Positions 37,577 to 48,882 of a DNA stretch of 64,000 nucleotides are shown here, in pieces. Both the position numbers and the translations under genes were made by a program. Location of the stretch: the NCBI RefSeq assembly GCF_050633725.1, contig NZ_JBOEHB010000002.1, positions 1 through 64,000 on the forward strand, written 5' to 3'. Source of the stretch: Planktotalea sp. Lineage in GTDB: Bacteria; Pseudomonadota; Alphaproteobacteria; Rhodobacterales; Rhodobacteraceae. The notes below the pieces were generated by a model. It saw nothing but the letters and a program-made list of their open reading frames with translations, had not been told where the DNA came from and did not search any database. Within the stretch, counting starts at the first letter, position 1, and each line of letters opens with the position of its first letter.

Positions 37577-38175
37577 CGCACGACACGCAATGTCAGATTT
37601 AGCCGACCGCCTTTTGCCAACAAACGTGACGAGCCAAAGCGGATGCGATCAACCCCGTGATACGTCAAACGCGCGTCGCCGCCCATTACAACGACATCAC
37701 CAGAACTTAGCCAAATCGAGTCCGTTTTGCCGCCACGCTCTAGATTGCCAATGCGAAACAAACCATCGTCGCCAAGAGAAATGGAAACAACGGGCTGAGA
37801 GAAATCCCCTTCGTCGCGGTCCTGATGCATCCCCATGCGTGCGTCTTCACCGTAGTAGTTGATCAAACAGCATTCAGGCGCGCGCGCCGACCCACTCACC
37901 TCATTCCAAATATCTAAGATCGGTTCGGGAATTGCTGGCCAAGCATTTCCGTTTGGGTGCTTTTGCTCGTAGCGATAGCCGGTGCGATCAGAGACCCAGC
38001 CAAACTGCCCAGCCGAGGTCATCTTGACCCGCATCGGCTTTCCATATGGGGTCATAGGAGAAAACATCGGTGCAACTTCTACTACGCCGCGCACAGCTTT
38101 AACCAAAGCCTGCTGCGCCTCCTGCGAGAGCAACGACTTGTAGATTTCGAAGCCGCGAATGTTCAGCTTTTCCAC
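37573..38175 (-). CDS. alkB: Alpha-ketoglutarate/Fe(II)-dependent dioxygenase AlkB (alkylated-DNA repair).
   Basis: The HxD...H triad context (MGMHQDRDE, ...LTYHGV) and the NYY motif are present. The gene is convergent with and overlapping the LysR stop. Confidence 0.85.
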   Translation of the reverse strand: MEKLNIRGFEIYKSLLSQEAQQALVKAVRGVVEVAPMFSPMTPYGKPMRVKMTSAGQFGWVSDRTGYRYEQKHPNGNAWPAIPEPILDIWNEVSGSARAPECCLINYYGEDARMGMHQDRDEGDFSQPVVSISLGDDGLFRIGNLERGGKTDSIWLSSGDVVVMGGDARLTYHGVDRIRFGSSRLLAKGGRLNLTLRVVR

Positions 38176-38258
38176 CGCTCAATTAACCCCTTATTCACCT
38201 TCAAGACGAAAATTCTGCCACAGAGCAGGAAAATCGCAAAATGAGTTGCATTGCAACG

Positions 38259-38288
38259 CTTGCAGCACCCTTTTGCGCTCCCTATATA
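38259..38288 (+). promoter_or_regulatory. Sigma32 (RpoH)-type heat-shock promoter for dnaK.
   Basis: CTTG-N18-CCTATATA lies about 115 nt upstream of the dnaK ATG, a near-textbook alphaproteobacterial RpoH promoter. Confidence 0.5.
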
Positions 38289-38401
38289 CCCCTCGAACGT
38301 TGGTTTGCAGCATTGCAAATCACTAACCAATCGGGGCGCGGATGCCATAACGGGTTTGCGTCTCGTGACATCGCCTTGAACATTATAAAGGGATCGAAAA
38401 C

Positions 38402-40315
38402 ATGGCCAAAGTAATTGGTATTGACCTTGGAACGACAAATAGCTGCGTTTCCATCATGGACGGCTCTCAGCCACGCGTGATTGAAAACGCTGAAGGCGCG
38501 CGCACGACACCGTCGATCGTTGCTTTCACTGACGAAGAGCGCCTCGTAGGCCAGCCGGCAAAACGCCAGGCGGTTACGAACCCAGACAACACTGTCTTTG
38601 GTGTTAAGCGCCTCATCGGTCGCCGTTTTGACGACGCGCACCTGAAGAAAGACATGAAAAACCTGCCATTCGCTGTTGTCGACGGCGGAAACGGTGACGC
38701 ATGGGTTGAAGCAAAGGGTGAGAAATACTCCCCAAGCCAAATCTCTGCCTTCATCCTTGGTAAGATGAAAGAAACCGCAGAGAGCTATCTCGGCGAAGAC
38801 GTCACGCAAGCGGTTATCACCGTGCCTGCGTACTTCAACGACGCACAGCGCCAAGCGACAAAAGACGCGGGCAAGATTGCTGGCCTCGAAGTGTTGCGTA
38901 TCATCAACGAGCCGACAGCGGCTGCGCTGGCCTATGGCCTCGATAAAGAAGAAACTCAGACAATCGCGGTTTACGACCTCGGCGGTGGTACATTCGACGT
39001 TACCATCCTTGAGATCGACGACGGCCTCTTCGAAGTGAAATCCACCAACGGTGATACGTTCCTTGGCGGTGAAGACTTCGACATGCGCATCGTGAACTAC
39101 CTCGCGGATGAGTTCAAAAAAGAGAACGGTGTTGACCTGACGCAAGACAAGATGGCGCTTCAGCGTCTGAAGGAAGCGGCGGAAAAGGCTAAGATCGAAC
39201 TCTCTTCTGCGAACCAGACAGAGATCAACCAGCCGTTCATCTCTATGGACCCAAAAGGTGGTCAGCCACTTCACATGGTTATGAAGCTGACGCGCGCCAA
39301 GCTGGAAAGCCTCGTTAGCGATCTGATCAAAGCCTCTATCAAGCCTTGCCAAGCAGCACTTAAGGATGCGGGCCTATCCACATCTGACGTAGACGAAATC
39401 GTTCTCGTTGGTGGTATGACACGTATGCCGCGCGTTGTTGAAGAAGTGACAAAGTTCTTCGGTAAAGAGCCACACAAGGGTGTGAATCCTGATGAGGTTG
39501 TTGCGATGGGCGCGGCTATTCAGGCCGGTGTTCTTCAAGGTGATGTAAAAGACGTTGTTCTTCTCGACGTTACACCACTGTCCTTGGGCATTGAGACACT
39601 CGGCGGCGTGTTCACACGTTTGATCGACCGCAACACGACGATCCCAACGAAGAAGTCTCAGATCTTCTCGACTGCGGAAGACAGCCAAAGCGCCGTGACC
39701 ATCCGTGTTTTCCAAGGTGAGCGTGAAATGGCCGCCGACAACAAAATGCTCGGTCAGTTCAACCTTGAGAACATCCCACCAGCGCCGCGCGGTCTGCCAC
39801 AGATCGAAGTGACCTTCGACATTGACGCAAACGGCATCGTTGCTGTTGGCGCGATGGACAAAGGCACAGGCAAAGAGCAGAAGATCACGATCCAAGCCTC
39901 TGGCGGTCTGTCCGATGACGATATCGAAAAAATGGTCAAGGACGCGGAAGAGAACGCTGATGCGGATAAAGAGCGCCGCGAGCTGATCGAAGCGAAAAAC
40001 CAGGCGGAAAGCCTCATCCACTCGACTGAAAAGTCCATGGAAGAGCATGCCGACAAGGTTGATCCGACGACAATCGAAGCGATCGAGCTGGCAATCGCCG
40101 CGCTCAAGGACGAGCTGGAAACAGAGAACGCCGACAAGATTAAGTCCGGCATCCAGAACGTCACTGAATCTGCGATGAAGCTTGGCGAAGCGATCTACAA
40201 AGCGAGCCAGGAAGAAGGCGACGATGAGCCAATGGCGGCAGATGCTGGCCCTGCGGATGATGACATCGTTGATGCCGACTTCGAAGATCTGAATGAGGAC
40301 GAGAAACGCGGGTAA
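38402..40315 (+). CDS. dnaK: Molecular chaperone DnaK (Hsp70).
   Basis: Translation reads [16 protein letters not shown]..., with DLGGGTFD and the C-terminal EEVD-like acidic tail. Confidence 0.97.
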   Translation: MAKVIGIDLGTTNSCVSIMDGSQPRVIENAEGARTTPSIVAFTDEERLVGQPAKRQAVTNPDNTVFGVKRLIGRRFDDAHLKKDMKNLPFAVVDGGNGDAWVEAKGEKYSPSQISAFILGKMKETAESYLGEDVTQAVITVPAYFNDAQRQATKDAGKIAGLEVLRIINEPTAAALAYGLDKEETQTIAVYDLGGGTFDVTILEIDDGLFEVKSTNGDTFLGGEDFDMRIVNYLADEFKKENGVDLTQDKMALQRLKEAAEKAKIELSSANQTEINQPFISMDPKGGQPLHMVMKLTRAKLESLVSDLIKASIKPCQAALKDAGLSTSDVDEIVLVGGMTRMPRVVEEVTKFFGKEPHKGVNPDEVVAMGAAIQAGVLQGDVKDVVLLDVTPLSLGIETLGGVFTRLIDRNTTIPTKKSQIFSTAEDSQSAVTIRVFQGEREMAADNKMLGQFNLENIPPAPRGLPQIEVTFDIDANGIVAVGAMDKGTGKEQKITIQASGGLSDDDIEKMVKDAEENADADKERRELIEAKNQAESLIHSTEKSMEEHADKVDPTTIEAIELAIAALKDELETENADKIKSGIQNVTESAMKLGEAIYKASQEEGDDEPMAADAGPADDDIVDADFEDLNEDEKRG

Positions 40316-40344
40316 GTCGCACTTTATGTGTAATTAACCCTTAA

Positions 40345-40382
40345 GGGCCGGCCTGTTTCACCGGGCCGGCCCTGTGCGTTTT
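40345..40382 (+). other. GC-rich hairpin plus a short U-tract between dnaK and dnaJ (putative partial terminator / attenuator).
   Basis: A 9-bp all-GC stem GGGCCGGCC...GGCCGGCCC is followed by TGTGCGTTTT. Confidence 0.4.
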
Positions 40383-40400
40383 CCCAAAGGGGGAACTAAT

Positions 40401-41552
40401 ATGTCAAAACGAGACTATTACGATGTTCTCGGCGTCTCAAAAGGGTCGTCAGCAGACGAGATCAAAAAGGGCTATCGTAAGAAAGCCAAAGAACTGCACC
40501 CAGATCGCAATGCGGACAACCCAAAGGCTGAAGAACAGTTCAAAGAAGCCAACGAGGCTTATGAAGTTCTGAAAGATGCTGACAAAAAAGCGGCTTATGA
40601 TCGCTACGGTCATGCAGCCTTTGAAGGTGGCATGGGCGGTGGCGGTGGTCAGCGCGGCGGCGCTGGTCATGGCGACTTTGGCTCTGCATTCTCCGATGTC
40701 TTTGATGATCTGTTCGGTGACTTCATGGGCGGCGGTCAGCGTGGCGGCGGTGCACGTAATCGTGCGGCGCGCGGCTCTGATCTGCGTTTCAACCTGCGTA
40801 TCACGCTGGAAGAGGCTTTTGCAGGCATGCAAAAGACCATCAACGTACCAACGGCGGTCAATTGCACTAGCTGTGATGGCACTGGTGCCGATGGCGGCGC
40901 TGAACCGACGAATTGCCCGACATGTTCAGGCATGGGTAAGGTGCGTGCGCAGCAGGGTTTCTTCACTGTTGAACGAACCTGCCCGACCTGCTCTGGCATG
41001 GGTCAAATCATCAAGAACCCTTGTAAGTCTTGCTCTGGTCAAGGCCGCGTTGAAAAAGAACGTGCGCTTAGTGTGAACATTCCGGCAGGTGTGGAAACTG
41101 GCACCCGTATCCGTCTTGGCGGTGAGGGCGAAGCTGGTTTGCGCGGCGGCCCAGCAGGCGATCTCTATATCTTCATTGAGGTTTCCAAGCATAAGCTGTT
41201 TGAACGCGAAGGCACAAACTTGTTCTGCAACGTCCCTGTATCCATGTCCTCTGCGGCGCTGGGCGGTGACATTGAGGTGCCGACAATTGACGGGGGTCGC
41301 TCTCGGGTAAAGATCCCAGCAGGTAGCCAATCAGGTCGTCAAATGCGCCTACGCAGCAAAGGCATGCCAGCACTTCGCGGTGCGGGAACGGGTGATATGT
41401 TCATCGAACTTGCAGTTGAAACGCCTGTGAACCTGACAAGCCGTCAAAAGGAACTTCTCAGAGAGTTTGAAGAGCTTTCCGAGGACAATAACCCAGAGAG
41501 CAAAAGCTTCTTTTCTTCTGTGAAATCCTTTTGGGATGGCATGAAGGGATAA
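40401..41552 (+). CDS. dnaJ: Molecular chaperone DnaJ.
   Basis: Translation reads [12 protein letters not shown]... (J domain, HPD), a G/F-rich region and four CxxCxGxG zinc-finger repeats. The start coordinate is ±1 by my count. Confidence 0.95.
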   Translation: MSKRDYYDVLGVSKGSSADEIKKGYRKKAKELHPDRNADNPKAEEQFKEANEAYEVLKDADKKAAYDRYGHAAFEGGMGGGGGQRGGAGHGDFGSAFSDVFDDLFGDFMGGGQRGGGARNRAARGSDLRFNLRITLEEAFAGMQKTINVPTAVNCTSCDGTGADGGAEPTNCPTCSGMGKVRAQQGFFTVERTCPTCSGMGQIIKNPCKSCSGQGRVEKERALSVNIPAGVETGTRIRLGGEGEAGLRGGPAGDLYIFIEVSKHKLFEREGTNLFCNVPVSMSSAALGGDIEVPTIDGGRSRVKIPAGSQSGRQMRLRSKGMPALRGAGTGDMFIELAVETPVNLTSRQKELLREFEELSEDNNPESKSFFSSVKSFWDGMKG

Positions 41553-41573
41553 AGCCCAAACAAACGCTTCTGA

Positions 41574-41608
41574 AAGCCCGACCAGTTTTTACTGTGTCGG
41601 GCTTTTTA
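41574..41608 (+). terminator. Rho-independent terminator after dnaJ.
   Basis: A stem AAGCCCGAC...GTCGGGCTT is followed by TTTTT. Confidence 0.6.
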
Positions 41609-41653
41609 TTGCCTTTAACACAAAATTTATCGAATCGACCCATCAAGGTCGAC

Positions 41654-42415
41654 ATGAGCATTCAAAACACACACTTCACCGATGTAGCCACGCCCGCATT
41701 TGACCCCAGAACAGCGGATCGCAAAAGCAGACGCCGCCTTGGGCTCATTGATAGCAAATTGCGCGATAGGCACATTGAAATTCGAACGAGGTTTCAGAAC
41801 CACGGCGCAGATCACTTGGATGACGCTGAACTACTGGAGTTGATGTTACTCCATTCTTCGCCTCGCAAAGACACCAAGCCGATGGCGCATGAGCTCATTG
41901 CTGAGTTTGGCGACATAGCCAGCGCTCTTTCCGCAGATACTGCGCGGCTAGAAGCAATTGTTGGCACCACAGCGACCCAGGACCTAAAACTCATTCACGC
42001 GGCCTCTGCGCGACTCGCTAAAGCGCGCATCGCGCATCGTCCGCTAATCTCTAGCTGGGACGCGGTCCTTACCTATTGCCGAACAGCACTAGCGCACAAA
42101 GAAACCGAAGAGTTTCATGTTCTCTTTCTAGATCGACGCAACATGCTGATCGCTGATGAAGTGTTGGGCGTCGGCACTGTTGATCATGTACCTGTTTATC
42201 CGCGCGAGGTTCTGAAACGCGCGTTAGAACTCAACTCCTGTGCGATCATTCTGGTCCACAACCATCCCTCTGGCGATCCTTCGCCTTCCCCTAGCGATAT
42301 CGAAATGACCAAGCTTATCAAGCAAGCTGCCGACAGCCTGTCGATCACGCTTCATGATCATCTGATCATTGGCGCAACGGGGGAAACGAGCTTTGTCAGC
42401 AAAGGATTGCTTTAG
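41654..42415 (+). CDS. radC: RadC-family JAB/MPN-domain protein.
   Basis: A JAMM-like motif HNHPSGDPSPSPSDI is present. The probable start is the MSIQNTHF ATG at about 41654, since the track start lies before the dnaJ terminator. Confidence 0.8.
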   Translation: MSIQNTHFTDVATPAFDPRTADRKSRRRLGLIDSKLRDRHIEIRTRFQNHGADHLDDAELLELMLLHSSPRKDTKPMAHELIAEFGDIASALSADTARLEAIVGTTATQDLKLIHAASARLAKARIAHRPLISSWDAVLTYCRTALAHKETEEFHVLFLDRRNMLIADEVLGVGTVDHVPVYPREVLKRALELNSCAIILVHNHPSGDPSPSPSDIEMTKLIKQAADSLSITLHDHLIIGATGETSFVSKGLL

Positions 42416-43971
42416 TGTACCCACACCTCTACGCGGCGATTCACTTGGCGGCCCCAAGCACTATCATCGCACGCCATTGGGAGCGTTTCGCCAAAGGCAT
42501 CAACCGATATATCTAGATCATCCAAACTCACAGTTTCCGCAGCCTGTTTGACCGCGGCAAGAACCGCACGCGCCCGCTGCATCGAAATACGTTGGTTGCC
42601 ATTTGCTGGCCCCTGACCGTCGCTGAAGCCAACAAATTTGATCGAACGCTCGTCGTATTCGCCCGTTTCAATTGCTCGAGCCAACTGCTGAACGTTCGAC
42701 AACGATTGCGCGTCCAGCGCGCTTGATCCAGCGCGAAAGCGGAACGATGTGCTCAGTCGTTTCATCGGCGACAGAACTTTCACCAAGCGCTTTACTTCGC
42801 TCAAATTGATCTCGGTACCAATCAACGAAATCGCGTTAGCAAAACGATCACCCTGCTGGTTGATGGAAAGCTCTTCTGGAGCTTGGTCAACAAACCCAGC
42901 ACGGCGAATTACGATCTGAGCCGAAGGCGAGCGTGTAAATGTTAAGAATTCGCGCGCCAGCTTTGGCAGCCGACGGGCAGGAATATAGAGGAACATCGGC
43001 GCGGTAAGGGGGTAGTCTTCCGTCTTGATCGTGACCCGCCCCGCGCGCAAAGAAAACCCACAGGTACCAGTGAGAACCAAAACATCTGCATTCGCTGTTT
43101 CTGAATAGCTGGAAATTCCAATCGCAAAGGGATCGTTTGTGACGGCCTCAGTCAGCGCTTTGTTCGTCGTATGACGCACAATGGTGTTATCCAAAACAAG
43201 CCCCGCTGGCGCCATTAGGCGATCTTGAACCGCTTGAGATAGCCCTGACTTGGAATCCCTCAGGTGCACCGAAATAGGCGCATCGGGGCCGCCAAGCTGG
43301 GTCCAATTGGTCACGCGCCCGGCGAACACACGGGCCAATTGCGCGGGCGAAATGGAATCCACAGGATTGCCGGGCGCTGTTATCGGCACCATAGCATCCA
43401 GCGCCAAAACGCGGCTTCTGTTTGGCCCGGTCAGATCACCCAAGGCCGACTCACTCGCGCGGCGATTCTCAGTTAGGCGAATTTCCCTCAACGCCATAAC
43501 AATATCTGCGTCATCTGCTAGCAAATCCGCAAAGCCAGTGTCGGTGTTCGTGATACGAAATGCAAACTCACCAAGAAGCGTTTGATCGGCGCGATTTCGC
43601 AGCATGTAGGTAAAGTGCGTTGCGTCAACCCGAACACGTTCAACACTGTACCCACGCCTAAGCGCAAAGCCCTCTATCAGCGCAGGCATCAGAACTTCGC
43701 CAATAGTAGCGGATCCAGAAATGGACAATTTCGCCACATAGTTTTGAAGATCAGGGCAAGCAGGCCCAGTACAATTCACCCCTGTGCCATCAATCGTCAG
43801 CTCGCCGTAAATTGTTTGAAGTCGATAAAAATCACCATCGAAACCCAAGAGGGTTCCACTTACCTCTACCGTTCCATCGGGCGAAGTTAGGGTGACGTCC
43901 TGCGCTGCTAACGGGGCAGCAAACATAAAAAGGAAAAATGCGGCAAAACGCGCCGCATGTTGAACCATCAT
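42412..43971 (-). CDS. Fusion protein: PstS-like phosphate-binding domain plus a C-terminal OmpA-like peptidoglycan-binding domain.
   Basis: A signal peptide precedes a PBP-fold middle segment, and the C-terminus reads FRAGSSALD...VGFSDGQG...NRRVEVWV (OmpA_C-like). Confidence 0.7.
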   Translation of the reverse strand: MMVQHAARFAAFFLFMFAAPLAAQDVTLTSPDGTVEVSGTLLGFDGDFYRLQTIYGELTIDGTGVNCTGPACPDLQNYVAKLSISGSATIGEVLMPALIEGFALRRGYSVERVRVDATHFTYMLRNRADQTLLGEFAFRITNTDTGFADLLADDADIVMALREIRLTENRRASESALGDLTGPNRSRVLALDAMVPITAPGNPVDSISPAQLARVFAGRVTNWTQLGGPDAPISVHLRDSKSGLSQAVQDRLMAPAGLVLDNTIVRHTTNKALTEAVTNDPFAIGISSYSETANADVLVLTGTCGFSLRAGRVTIKTEDYPLTAPMFLYIPARRLPKLAREFLTFTRSPSAQIVIRRAGFVDQAPEELSINQQGDRFANAISLIGTEINLSEVKRLVKVLSPMKRLSTSFRFRAGSSALDAQSLSNVQQLARAIETGEYDERSIKFVGFSDGQGPANGNQRISMQRARAVLAAVKQAAETVSLDDLDISVDAFGETLPMACDDSAWGRQVNRRVEVWVH

Positions 43972-43998
43972 AGATTTTTTGCCCCGAATGTCGCGCGC

Positions 43999-45036
43999 TT
44001 AGTTACGCGCAACTTTCAGGTCTTGGAGCAGATTTTGCAACACAAGAAAGTCACCTACCGCCTCGCATGATGGGATTGGCAGGGTCAAATCCTGTACTTT
44101 CAGCGCGCCTGCGCCCGATACTTCTAGGGTTTGAGCCTCGACACGCAGTCCGCAATTGGCTGAAGTGACTTCCGCATCCACCGAAACGTGAACCTCGCCC
44201 TGTTGCTTCACCGTGCTGGTCGGGAAAGTATAAACTTCCGCAACGAGCGCTTCGGCTTGCGACGCATCACCAAGCGATGTGATGAAACCGCCCTTGCCCT
44301 TGGCTGCATCAGCCATGGAGCGATCAGATTTCAAACTCACATGACCTTCGTCACGGAAATCCGCGCCAAATTCGAACGCATTGATATGCAATTCACTGCT
44401 GGCTTTGGATTGGACAACCATACGGTCATAGAATTCCAGCGAAGGTACCTTTGCATCTGCAAGCGCGCCTTCTCCGTTCGCAAAAGCGGCGATAAATACC
44501 GCGCTTTCTGACATTGCTGGGATGCTAACGCTCAGATTCCCATCTTTATCAGTCTCCTCGGTGAACATCATTCCGCTATGGTGAAGCGTCACGCGCTCAT
44601 TCGGATAACAATTCGCAGCGATCGCAATGTCGACCATAGCCGCAGCAACCGGCGTTGCAGTCATTTCGATATCACACAGAGACGCAGGAGGTGCGAGCGC
44701 GTCAGTTTCAGGCGCAACATCTTCATCAAGCGCGGCTGTCTTAACCTCGACAACCGGGGCCTCTTTCGCAGGAGCATCCATGGATCCTGCAACAGCCGCA
44801 TCTTGTTGGGCTTGCATTTCGGTTCTCGGCTCAGCAACGTTCGCTTTTGCGCCAATGACTGATGAGGTCAACGCAATCCCCGTCACTTCCATCGGTTCTG
44901 CAGCTGTGCCCGAAATATCAGGGACAGAGGCTTGTGCGTATCTTGCTTTCGCCGACTCGCCGTTTTGCATGACAAATCCGATTGCGCCAGCCGTTGCCAA
45001 CACTCCGCCCGCCATAACGATCCGCTTAATATCCAT
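43999..45036 (-). CDS. Hypothetical N-terminally anchored (probably periplasmic) protein with an Ala/Glu/Pro-rich linker.
   Basis: The 345-aa product has one N-terminal TM helix. It lies 27 nt upstream of, and co-oriented with, the PstS-OmpA gene. Its GGAGG RBS is embedded in a hairpin. Confidence 0.5.
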   Translation of the reverse strand: MDIKRIVMAGGVLATAGAIGFVMQNGESAKARYAQASVPDISGTAAEPMEVTGIALTSSVIGAKANVAEPRTEMQAQQDAAVAGSMDAPAKEAPVVEVKTAALDEDVAPETDALAPPASLCDIEMTATPVAAAMVDIAIAANCYPNERVTLHHSGMMFTEETDKDGNLSVSIPAMSESAVFIAAFANGEGALADAKVPSLEFYDRMVVQSKASSELHINAFEFGADFRDEGHVSLKSDRSMADAAKGKGGFITSLGDASQAEALVAEVYTFPTSTVKQQGEVHVSVDAEVTSANCGLRVEAQTLEVSGAGALKVQDLTLPIPSCEAVGDFLVLQNLLQDLKVARN

Positions 45037-45155
45037 GGTACTGCCCTCCGAAGGGATATCTATTCGGAGGTAAGAGTCGCTCTCAAACAGGGCGACATTA
45101 GGACGGCAGCAAGGAGTCTTTCAGACCCCTTACCGTATTCTTGCCATTTTTGAAT

Positions 45156-47858
45156 TTAGGCCAATCTGCCGTGGCAATGTTTGAATTTCTTGCCTGACCC
45201 ACATGGGCAAGGATCGTTACGACCCGGATTTCCCCATGTCGAACTGTCGTTCTCGTCAAAGCCTTCAACCTCTGGTTCAGGCGACTGAGATGCCTCTGCT
45301 GACGCTTCGCGCGCCGCTTCCTGCATCAAAGCCTGCTGCGCCTGCATCTCGGCAATAATCGCGGCTTGCTCTTCTTCAGTTCGCATTTGAACACGGCCCA
45401 ATGTCTGTGTGACGTCCGTGCGCAGGCTATCAAGCATGCTTTCAAACAGTTGGAAGCTCTCGTTCTTATACTCGTTCAACGGATCACGCTGCGCATATCC
45501 ACGGAACCCAACGACAGAGCGAAGGTGTTCAAGTGTCACAAGATGCTCACGCCACTTTCCATCAATCGTTTGAAGCAAGACCTGCTTTTCGATTTGGCGC
45601 ATGTTCTCAGGACCAAAGGCAGCCGCCTTTTGCGCCATCGCCTCGTCGGCAGCTTTCTCTAGACGCTCACGAATGATCTCGTCATCCGCGCCTTCTTCGA
45701 CGCCCCATTCCTGCACAGGCACATCAATATTGATTGCTTCGGCAACAGCAGCATGCAGGCCTTCCATATCCCACTGATCAGCGTAGGTTTTGGGCGGCAT
45801 ATATTGGTCGATCAGGTCCTCAATCACCTGATAGCGCATATCCTGCGCGATCTCAGATAGGTCCGCCGCTTCCATGATTTCACGGCGCTGACCAAAGATC
45901 ACTTTACGCTGGTCATTCATCACATCGTCGAACTTCAAAAGCTGCTTACGAATGTCAAAGTTACGGCCCTCAACCTTCGCCTGCGCGCGCTCAAGAGATT
46001 TGTTGACCCAAGGGTGAACAATCGCTTCGCCTTCTTTCATACCAAGCGAGGACAGAACCTTGTCCAAACGCTCAGAGCCGAAAATGCGCATCAGATCGTC
46101 ATCGAGCGATAGGAAAAACGCAGAGCGACCCGGATCACCCTGACGACCAGAACGACCGCGCAATTGGTTATCAATGCGACGGCTTTCGTGGCGCTCTGTC
46201 GCGATGATATAAAGACCACCGGCGTCGAGAACCTTCTGGCGCCAAACCTGATGCTCTTCTTCGATGCGCTTGCGCAGCTCTTCTGGATCTGCTTCTGGCT
46301 CTGCCGCGATCGCTTCCAGTACCTTCAATTCAACGTTGCCGCCAAGCTGAATGTCAGTGCCGCGACCCGCCATGTTTGTCGCAATCGTAATCGCGCCTAG
46401 CTTGCCTGCATCACCAACAATCTGCGCTTCTTGTTCGTGCTGACGCGCGTTCAAAACGTTGTGCGGCAAACCTGCCTCTTTCAGCAGATTCGACAGGAAT
46501 TCAGATTTTTCGATCGACGTCGTGCCCACAAGGCAGGGTTGGCCCTTCTCGTGAGCCTCTTTAACGATCACAACGATTTCGTCGTATTTCTCTTTTGCGG
46601 TGCGGAATACCTGATCGTGCTCATCAACACGCGCGATGGGGCGGTTTGTCGGAACTTCAACAACACCCAGCCCATAGATTTCAGCGAATTCTTCCGCTTC
46701 GGTCATCGCCGTACCCGTCATGCCAGACAATTTGTCATAAAGACGGAAATAGTTCTGGAACGTAACCGAGGCCAGCGTGACGTTCTCAGGCTGGATCGGG
46801 CAGTTCTCTTTGGCTTCAATCGCCTGATGCAGACCATCAGACAAACGACGACCAGACATCATACGGCCCGTGAATTCGTCGATCAGAACGACTTCGCCAT
46901 CACGTACGATGTACTCTTTGTCTTTCTCAAACAGCTTGTGCGCGCGCAGACCTTGGTTCACGTGATGCACAATCGTCGTGCTTTCAGGATCGTAAAGCGT
47001 CGCGCCTTCGGGCAGCAAACCCTGCTGAAGCAAAAGCTGCTCGAGGAATTCATTGCCTTCCTCGGTGTAGGAGACGTTACGCGTCTTTTCGTCCAGTTCG
47101 TAATGCTCAGGCAAAAGCGACGGGATCACCATGTCGATTGCGAGATAAAGCTCGGAGCGATCTGCGGCAGGGCCGGAAATAATCAGCGGGGTACGCGCTT
47201 CGTCGATCAGAATGGAGTCAACTTCGTCCACAATCGCAAAGTTATGTTCGCGCTGGAACATCTGGGACAACTCGGCTTTCATGTTGTCGCGCAGATAATC
47301 AAAACCCAACTCGTTGTTTGTGGCGTAAGTCACATCACAAGCATAAGCCGCTTTCTTTTCATCATCTGGCTGGTTGGGATAGATCACCCCCGTGGTCAGG
47401 CCCAAAGCGCCAAATACTTTGCTCATCCACTCAGCGTCACGCTTTGCGAGGTAGTCGTTCACCGTCACAACGTGAACGCCCTTACCCGTTAACGCGTTCA
47501 AATAAGCAGGCAAAGTCGCAACGAGCGTTTTGCCCTCACCTGTTTTCATTTCAGAGATATTGCCCTGATGCAGGAAAATGCCGCCCATCAACTGCGTATC
47601 AAAAGCACGAAGACCTAACGCACGGCGCGCGCCTTCACGGCAGTTGGCAAAGGCTTCGGGCAGAAGGTCATCAAGACTTTCGCCGTCCATCGCACGTTTG
47701 GCGAGCTCTTCAGTCTTTTGCTTGAGACCTTCATCGCTGAGTTTTTCAAATTCAGGTTCCAGCGCGTTGATCGCCTCAACGATCGGGCGTGTCGCCTTAA
47801 CTTTGCGGTCATTCGGCGTTCCGAACACCTTTTTAGCGAGTTTTCCAAGTCCTAGCAT
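45156..47858 (-). CDS. secA: Preprotein translocase subunit SecA.
   Basis: The 900-aa product has a DEAD-like motor, a preprotein cross-linking domain and a C-terminal zinc-binding tail [14 protein letters not shown]. Confidence 0.97.
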   Translation of the reverse strand: MLGLGKLAKKVFGTPNDRKVKATRPIVEAINALEPEFEKLSDEGLKQKTEELAKRAMDGESLDDLLPEAFANCREGARRALGLRAFDTQLMGGIFLHQGNISEMKTGEGKTLVATLPAYLNALTGKGVHVVTVNDYLAKRDAEWMSKVFGALGLTTGVIYPNQPDDEKKAAYACDVTYATNNELGFDYLRDNMKAELSQMFQREHNFAIVDEVDSILIDEARTPLIISGPAADRSELYLAIDMVIPSLLPEHYELDEKTRNVSYTEEGNEFLEQLLLQQGLLPEGATLYDPESTTIVHHVNQGLRAHKLFEKDKEYIVRDGEVVLIDEFTGRMMSGRRLSDGLHQAIEAKENCPIQPENVTLASVTFQNYFRLYDKLSGMTGTAMTEAEEFAEIYGLGVVEVPTNRPIARVDEHDQVFRTAKEKYDEIVVIVKEAHEKGQPCLVGTTSIEKSEFLSNLLKEAGLPHNVLNARQHEQEAQIVGDAGKLGAITIATNMAGRGTDIQLGGNVELKVLEAIAAEPEADPEELRKRIEEEHQVWRQKVLDAGGLYIIATERHESRRIDNQLRGRSGRQGDPGRSAFFLSLDDDLMRIFGSERLDKVLSSLGMKEGEAIVHPWVNKSLERAQAKVEGRNFDIRKQLLKFDDVMNDQRKVIFGQRREIMEAADLSEIAQDMRYQVIEDLIDQYMPPKTYADQWDMEGLHAAVAEAINIDVPVQEWGVEEGADDEIIRERLEKAADEAMAQKAAAFGPENMRQIEKQVLLQTIDGKWREHLVTLEHLRSVVGFRGYAQRDPLNEYKNESFQLFESMLDSLRTDVTQTLGRVQMRTEEEQAAIIAEMQAQQALMQEAAREASAEASQSPEPEVEGFDENDSSTWGNPGRNDPCPCGSGKKFKHCHGRLA

Positions 47859-48033
47859 CTGCGCTCATCCATCCTTGACGTCTTTGTGCATAGGCTCACC
47901 TTGCTCGCCCTGCACGCAACCCATAGATACGAGAGTGAAAGACGGCCTGAACCAGTGCCTTAAGGCGATGTAAGGGGCGGGTATGCCAGTGTCAACGGCG
48001 CGAAGGAAACGCGCATGAAACAAGGAAAAAACG

Positions 48034-48879
48034 ATGTTAAAACGCACCCAATTGATGGCTAGTGTGGCCTTTGCTGTAACTCTCGCCCTACCTGTCTACG
48101 CTGAAAATGGCGCAGATACGGTTGTCGCGACGGTAAATGGCGTGGACATCACGATGGGTCACATGATTGTGGTTCGCGCCGGATTGCCCGAACAATATCG
48201 GAACTTGCCGGATGATGCGCTATTTACAGGCATTCTGGACCAACTCATCCAACAAACGGTTCTTGCCGATGCTGCTAAAGGCGACACACCCCTTCGCGTT
48301 GAACTCGCGCTAGAGAACGAACGCCGCGCGCTAATGGCGGCAGAGCACATGGATAGCGTCCTCGCCGATGCGGTGACGGACGATGCGGTGCAAGCTGCTT
48401 ATGACGCCAAGTATGCGGGCGCTGAACCTGAAAAGGAATTTGATGCGTCACACATTCTTGTTGAAACAGAAGACGAAGCCAAAGACCTCGTCACAACGCT
48501 AGAAGGTGGCGCAGATTTTGCCGAACTGGCCAAAGAAAAGTCCACAGGCCCTTCTGGTCCTCGTGGTGGGGCGCTTGGCTGGTTTGGCAAAGGCATGATG
48601 GTTCCGGAATTTGAAACTGCCGTGATGGACATGGAGGTCGGCGCAGTTTCCGCGCCCATCAAAACGCAATTTGGCTGGCACGTCATCAAACTGAACAATT
48701 CCCGCTTTAAGGACGCTCCCAAGATGGAAGACGTTCGCGAAGAATTGGAACAGCAAGTGCGCATGGATATCGTTGATAGCTACATTTCCAAATTGACGGA
48801 CAGCGCGACTATTTCTAGAAAAACAAGCGTGGATGTTGATACGTCCAAACTTAAAGATCTTTCACTTCTGGAGAAATAG
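48034..48879 (+). CDS. Periplasmic parvulin-type peptidyl-prolyl cis-trans isomerase (SurA/PpiD-like).
   Basis: A signal peptide precedes a PpiC domain (FDASHILVETEDEA...GWFGKGMMVPEFE...GWHVIKL). Confidence 0.8.
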   Translation: MLKRTQLMASVAFAVTLALPVYAENGADTVVATVNGVDITMGHMIVVRAGLPEQYRNLPDDALFTGILDQLIQQTVLADAAKGDTPLRVELALENERRALMAAEHMDSVLADAVTDDAVQAAYDAKYAGAEPEKEFDASHILVETEDEAKDLVTTLEGGADFAELAKEKSTGPSGPRGGALGWFGKGMMVPEFETAVMDMEVGAVSAPIKTQFGWHVIKLNNSRFKDAPKMEDVREELEQQVRMDIVDSYISKLTDSATISRKTSVDVDTSKLKDLSLLEK

Positions 48880-48882
48880 GAC

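Noticed and set aside
38282-39352. 356-aa minus-strand ORF (and the 224-aa ORF at 39374-40048)
   Set aside because: They are antisense shadows of dnaK, whose translation matches Hsp70 end to end.
46431-47492. 353-aa plus-strand ORF, with further plus-strand ORFs up to 47973
   Set aside because: They are antisense to secA and have no motifs.
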